The position numbers and the translations under genes are program-made. From Leucoraja ocellata (taxonomy: Eukaryota), in assembly GCA_036785375.1 (NCBI GenBank), contig JAWMAR010000030.1, positions 7,564,001-7,628,000 on the forward strand: a stretch of DNA of 64,000 nucleotides, given 5' to 3'. Below, piece by piece: positions 63,815-64,000 of this stretch. The notes under the pieces were generated by a model, which saw only the letters and a list, made by a program, of their open reading frames with translations, had not been told where the DNA came from and ran no database searches. Positions within the stretch are counted from its first letter, which is position 1. Every line of letters starts with the position of its first letter.

Positions 63815-64000
63815 ATGCTCTAGTCTAAGTTGGATTGGTCAGAAATGGGATAGTATTTCAAAAGTAAAGTAACATTTAAGTCTTCTGACTCAACTAACAC
63901 TATAGGGTCAATTTAACTGCAGTTAATGCAAGAAGAATTTATCGTATTTCATAACTTAGCCAGTCTGGTCAACATGTAAAACTTTTGCAGTTCATGATTA

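Overview
Vertebrate genomic DNA, most likely a cartilaginous fish (skate/ray-type CR1 LINE, V-SINE/HE1-like and Penelope-derived repeats; taxon inferred from recalled repeat families). Two spliced genes lie on the minus strand. (1) The 3' part of a membrane-associated collagen, most similar to COL13A1: 11 short phase-0 coding exons from 63536 to 43347, two of them apparently mutually exclusive, plus a last exon that starts with the stop codon at 42008. (2) A cGMP-dependent protein kinase 2-like gene: 15 coding exons traced by hand from ATG 28710 to 464, 2039 nt, open frame throughout, with the last exons outside the window. Most ORFs in the supplied track are spurious. The most notable unexplained signal is a very abundant short repeat (roughly 20 copies) carrying a minimal hammerhead-ribozyme core (CUGAAGA-stem II-GAAAC-GUC). 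Target-site duplications and adjacent ORF fragments tie it to a Penelope-like retroelement. Other points of interest: a duplicated, frameshifted kinase exon that may act as a poison exon, an upstream in-frame ATG that would remove N-myristoylation, an 83-bp near-perfect palindrome, and Harbinger-type MITEs. All coordinates were read by eye and no database search was run.
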